From assembly GCA_947589025.1 (NCBI GenBank), contig CANQAY010000006.1, forward strand, positions 2,755 through 66,754: a DNA stretch of 64,000 bases, in the 5' to 3' direction. This DNA is from an uncultured Clostridia bacterium. Its GTDB lineage: Bacteria; Bacillota; Clostridia; Christensenellales; UBA1242. Position numbers and translations under genes: made by a program. Positions 62,320 to 64,000 of the stretch are shown piece after piece (the stretch's first letter is position 1; each line of letters starts with the position of its first letter). The notes beneath the pieces were generated by a model. It was not told where the DNA came from. It did no database searches and saw nothing but the letters and a program-made list of their open reading frames with translations.

Positions 62320-62346
62320 ACAAAAAAACAGCATTAAACTGCTGCT
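62320..62346 (-). terminator. Terminator after tilS
   Basis: Minus-strand stem CAGCA/UGCUG (62340-62344 with 62329-62333) is followed by U7. Confidence 0.65.
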
Positions 62347-62357
62347 TTTATAAATTA

Positions 62358-63701
62358 TTAAAATAAATCCTTTTCATAATTAATTTTATAAAATTGCTTT
62401 GTTGTGTCGGTAACTTTTAATTCGTCTGCAATTTCAACATCTGCCACCAACAAAATTTTATTGTCAACTGCAAGCACAGGGATGGTATCCCTCATGCGTT
62501 GTGGAATTTTTTTATCTATAAAATAATCTTTAAGTTTTTTGCTGCCATTTAGCCCAAGCGGAGCAAATGTATCCCCTTCTTGCCTAAAGCGCCAAACTGC
62601 ATCGGCTGGCAGTTTTTCAGCATCAATAATGTGCTGATGCATTTTAGGTTCGGTTTTAACCTTGCTTGAAGTGGCACGAATAATGCCATAATCTGCAATT
62701 TTTAGTTTGCCGCTTCTAAATTGATATTCACCAACCAATTCGCGTTTTTTAATTGCACCTATTGTTAAATAGTCATACTCCTTGCAAACTTTAATTTTAA
62801 AAGGAAGGCTAATTATGTTGCCGTTTTTAGCTTCCAAAGCAAATTCACGCACCATGTTAATATGTTTGCTTTCAATATCTTGGCTAACAAATTTTTTAAA
62901 CACGCGCATTAAAATGCGGTTAACAATAACTTCGTCCTGATAAAAATATGAAAGTGGCACTTTAACTAAATCTTTAGTTTCAATTATTGTGCCCATTGCA
63001 ATTTGTTTGTTAATATAATCGTCATCCTTAGCGCAAAGGGATGCAAATTTAACAATGTTGCGGTCGGTCGATTTAAATTGTTTTCTTAATGTTGGCATAA
63101 CCACATTGCGAATGTAGTTGCGCGAATATGTGTTATCTTTATTAGTTTCGTCTTCAACATATTCAAGGCTAAACTCGTCAATATATGCCATAATGTTTTC
63201 ACGCGGGGTGTTTAACAGTGGGCGAATATAAATGCCATCACGCACAGGCTCCATGCCGCGGGCACCATTTAGGCCGCTGCCACGAAGGATGTTTAACAGC
63301 ACGGTTTCGGCTTGGTCATAAAGATGATGTGCAAGCGCAATTTTATCCACAAGGCCTTTTTTAATAAGTGTATCAAACACGCCATAACGCACTTTGCGGG
63401 CAGCTTGCTCTAGGGTAAGTTTTTCTTCCTTAGCAACTTTTAAAGATTCACCTTTAAATTTATAAGCCCTAATTTTATTTTCTTTGCAAAATTGCATAAC
63501 AAAATCAACATCTAAAGCACTGTTGTCTCTAATGCCATGGTCAACAGTGACGGCAACCACTTCGCAATCCAACTCACCTTTAATTGAATTTAAATAGTGC
63601 AACAAGGCAATGCTATCTCGCCCGCCAGAACATGCAACGCCAATAACTTCGCCCGGTTTAATCATATTATTTTTTCTAATGTAATCTATAACTTGTTCCA
63701 T
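62358..63701 (-). CDS. tilS: tRNA(Ile)-lysidine synthase
   Basis: 447 aa with the PP-loop motif VACSGGRDSIALLH. AGGAGA SD. Confidence 0.92.
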   Translation of the reverse strand: MEQVIDYIRKNNMIKPGEVIGVACSGGRDSIALLHYLNSIKGELDCEVVAVTVDHGIRDNSALDVDFVMQFCKENKIRAYKFKGESLKVAKEEKLTLEQAARKVRYGVFDTLIKKGLVDKIALAHHLYDQAETVLLNILRGSGLNGARGMEPVRDGIYIRPLLNTPRENIMAYIDEFSLEYVEDETNKDNTYSRNYIRNVVMPTLRKQFKSTDRNIVKFASLCAKDDDYINKQIAMGTIIETKDLVKVPLSYFYQDEVIVNRILMRVFKKFVSQDIESKHINMVREFALEAKNGNIISLPFKIKVCKEYDYLTIGAIKKRELVGEYQFRSGKLKIADYGIIRATSSKVKTEPKMHQHIIDAEKLPADAVWRFRQEGDTFAPLGLNGSKKLKDYFIDKKIPQRMRDTIPVLAVDNKILLVADVEIADELKVTDTTKQFYKINYEKDLF

Positions 63702-63823
63702 AACTTTCTCCTGCGCTAATTATACAACAAAATGCAAAAAATTGCAATAGCTTATTAAAAATTAGTTAATTTTTTTTAATTTTTAATGAATTTTTTGCAA
63801 TTTTTGAAAATTTTTTAAAATTT

Positions 63824-64000
63824 TTATTTAGATATGGTTTTTAAATATGTGCGGGCAACAAGCACAGTCATATCATCTTTTGCCGACATGCCGCTTAGCC
63901 GCAAGGCTTCGTTTAAAATGCTTTCCGCAATCGTTTGCGGATTGGTGGAAACAAGTTTGGAAACATATTCAATAACATTTTCTTGGCTTAAAAAGGCGTC
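63824..64000 (-). CDS. C-terminal fragment of a PP2C-type (SpoIIE-like) phosphatase, truncated by the window edge
   Basis: Own translation of the minus strand gives ...LRLSGMSAKDDMTVLVARTYLKTISK with a stop at 63824-63826. The DDMTVLVA ending is typical of SpoIIE/PP2C domains, and spoIIE lies upstream of tilS in Bacillus. Confidence 0.5.
   Translation of the reverse strand, partial: DAFLSQENVIEYVSKLVSTNPQTIAESILNEALRLSGMSAKDDMTVLVARTYLKTISK

Overview
This is a visibly AT-rich chromosomal segment from a low-GC Gram-positive, Clostridia-like bacterium. Sporulation-type genes are present (spmA/spmB, a Spo0A C-domain-only protein, and a SpoIIE-like PP2C fragment upstream of tilS). The content is mostly housekeeping: copA, an MscS channel, tyrS, tex, pyruvate:ferredoxin oxidoreductase, truA, rplM-rpsI, mnmA, rpiB, pyk, secG-rnr-smpB, gpmI-tpiA-pgk, trpS, rpsL-rpsG-fusA-tuf, tilS and a tmRNA gene. 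No CRISPR array, rRNA, canonical tRNA, transposase or integrase was seen. The features most worth follow-up are as follows. (1) A 15-codon leader ORF with five consecutive Tyr codons, plus a five-segment double-terminator attenuator, lies in front of tyrS where a T-box would be expected. (2) A roughly 480-nt helix-rich RNA of unknown class has its own extended -10 promoter and abuts the 5' end of ssrA. (3) At least 12 genes show a (TGn)TAnAAT box 6 nt before the ATG and no Shine-Dalgarno, which suggests many leaderless starts. (4) A perfect 75-nt GC-rich four-way junction lies next to an ArsR gene. (5) An insertion block separates smpB from ssrA and carries a DUF1848/methyltransferase pair and a protein with two HEPN-like motifs. 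(6) A Rho paralog has a degenerate P-loop. (7) A GC-rich terminator-containing RNA lies upstream of trpS. All protein family calls rest on motif recognition and remembered alignments, not database searches.
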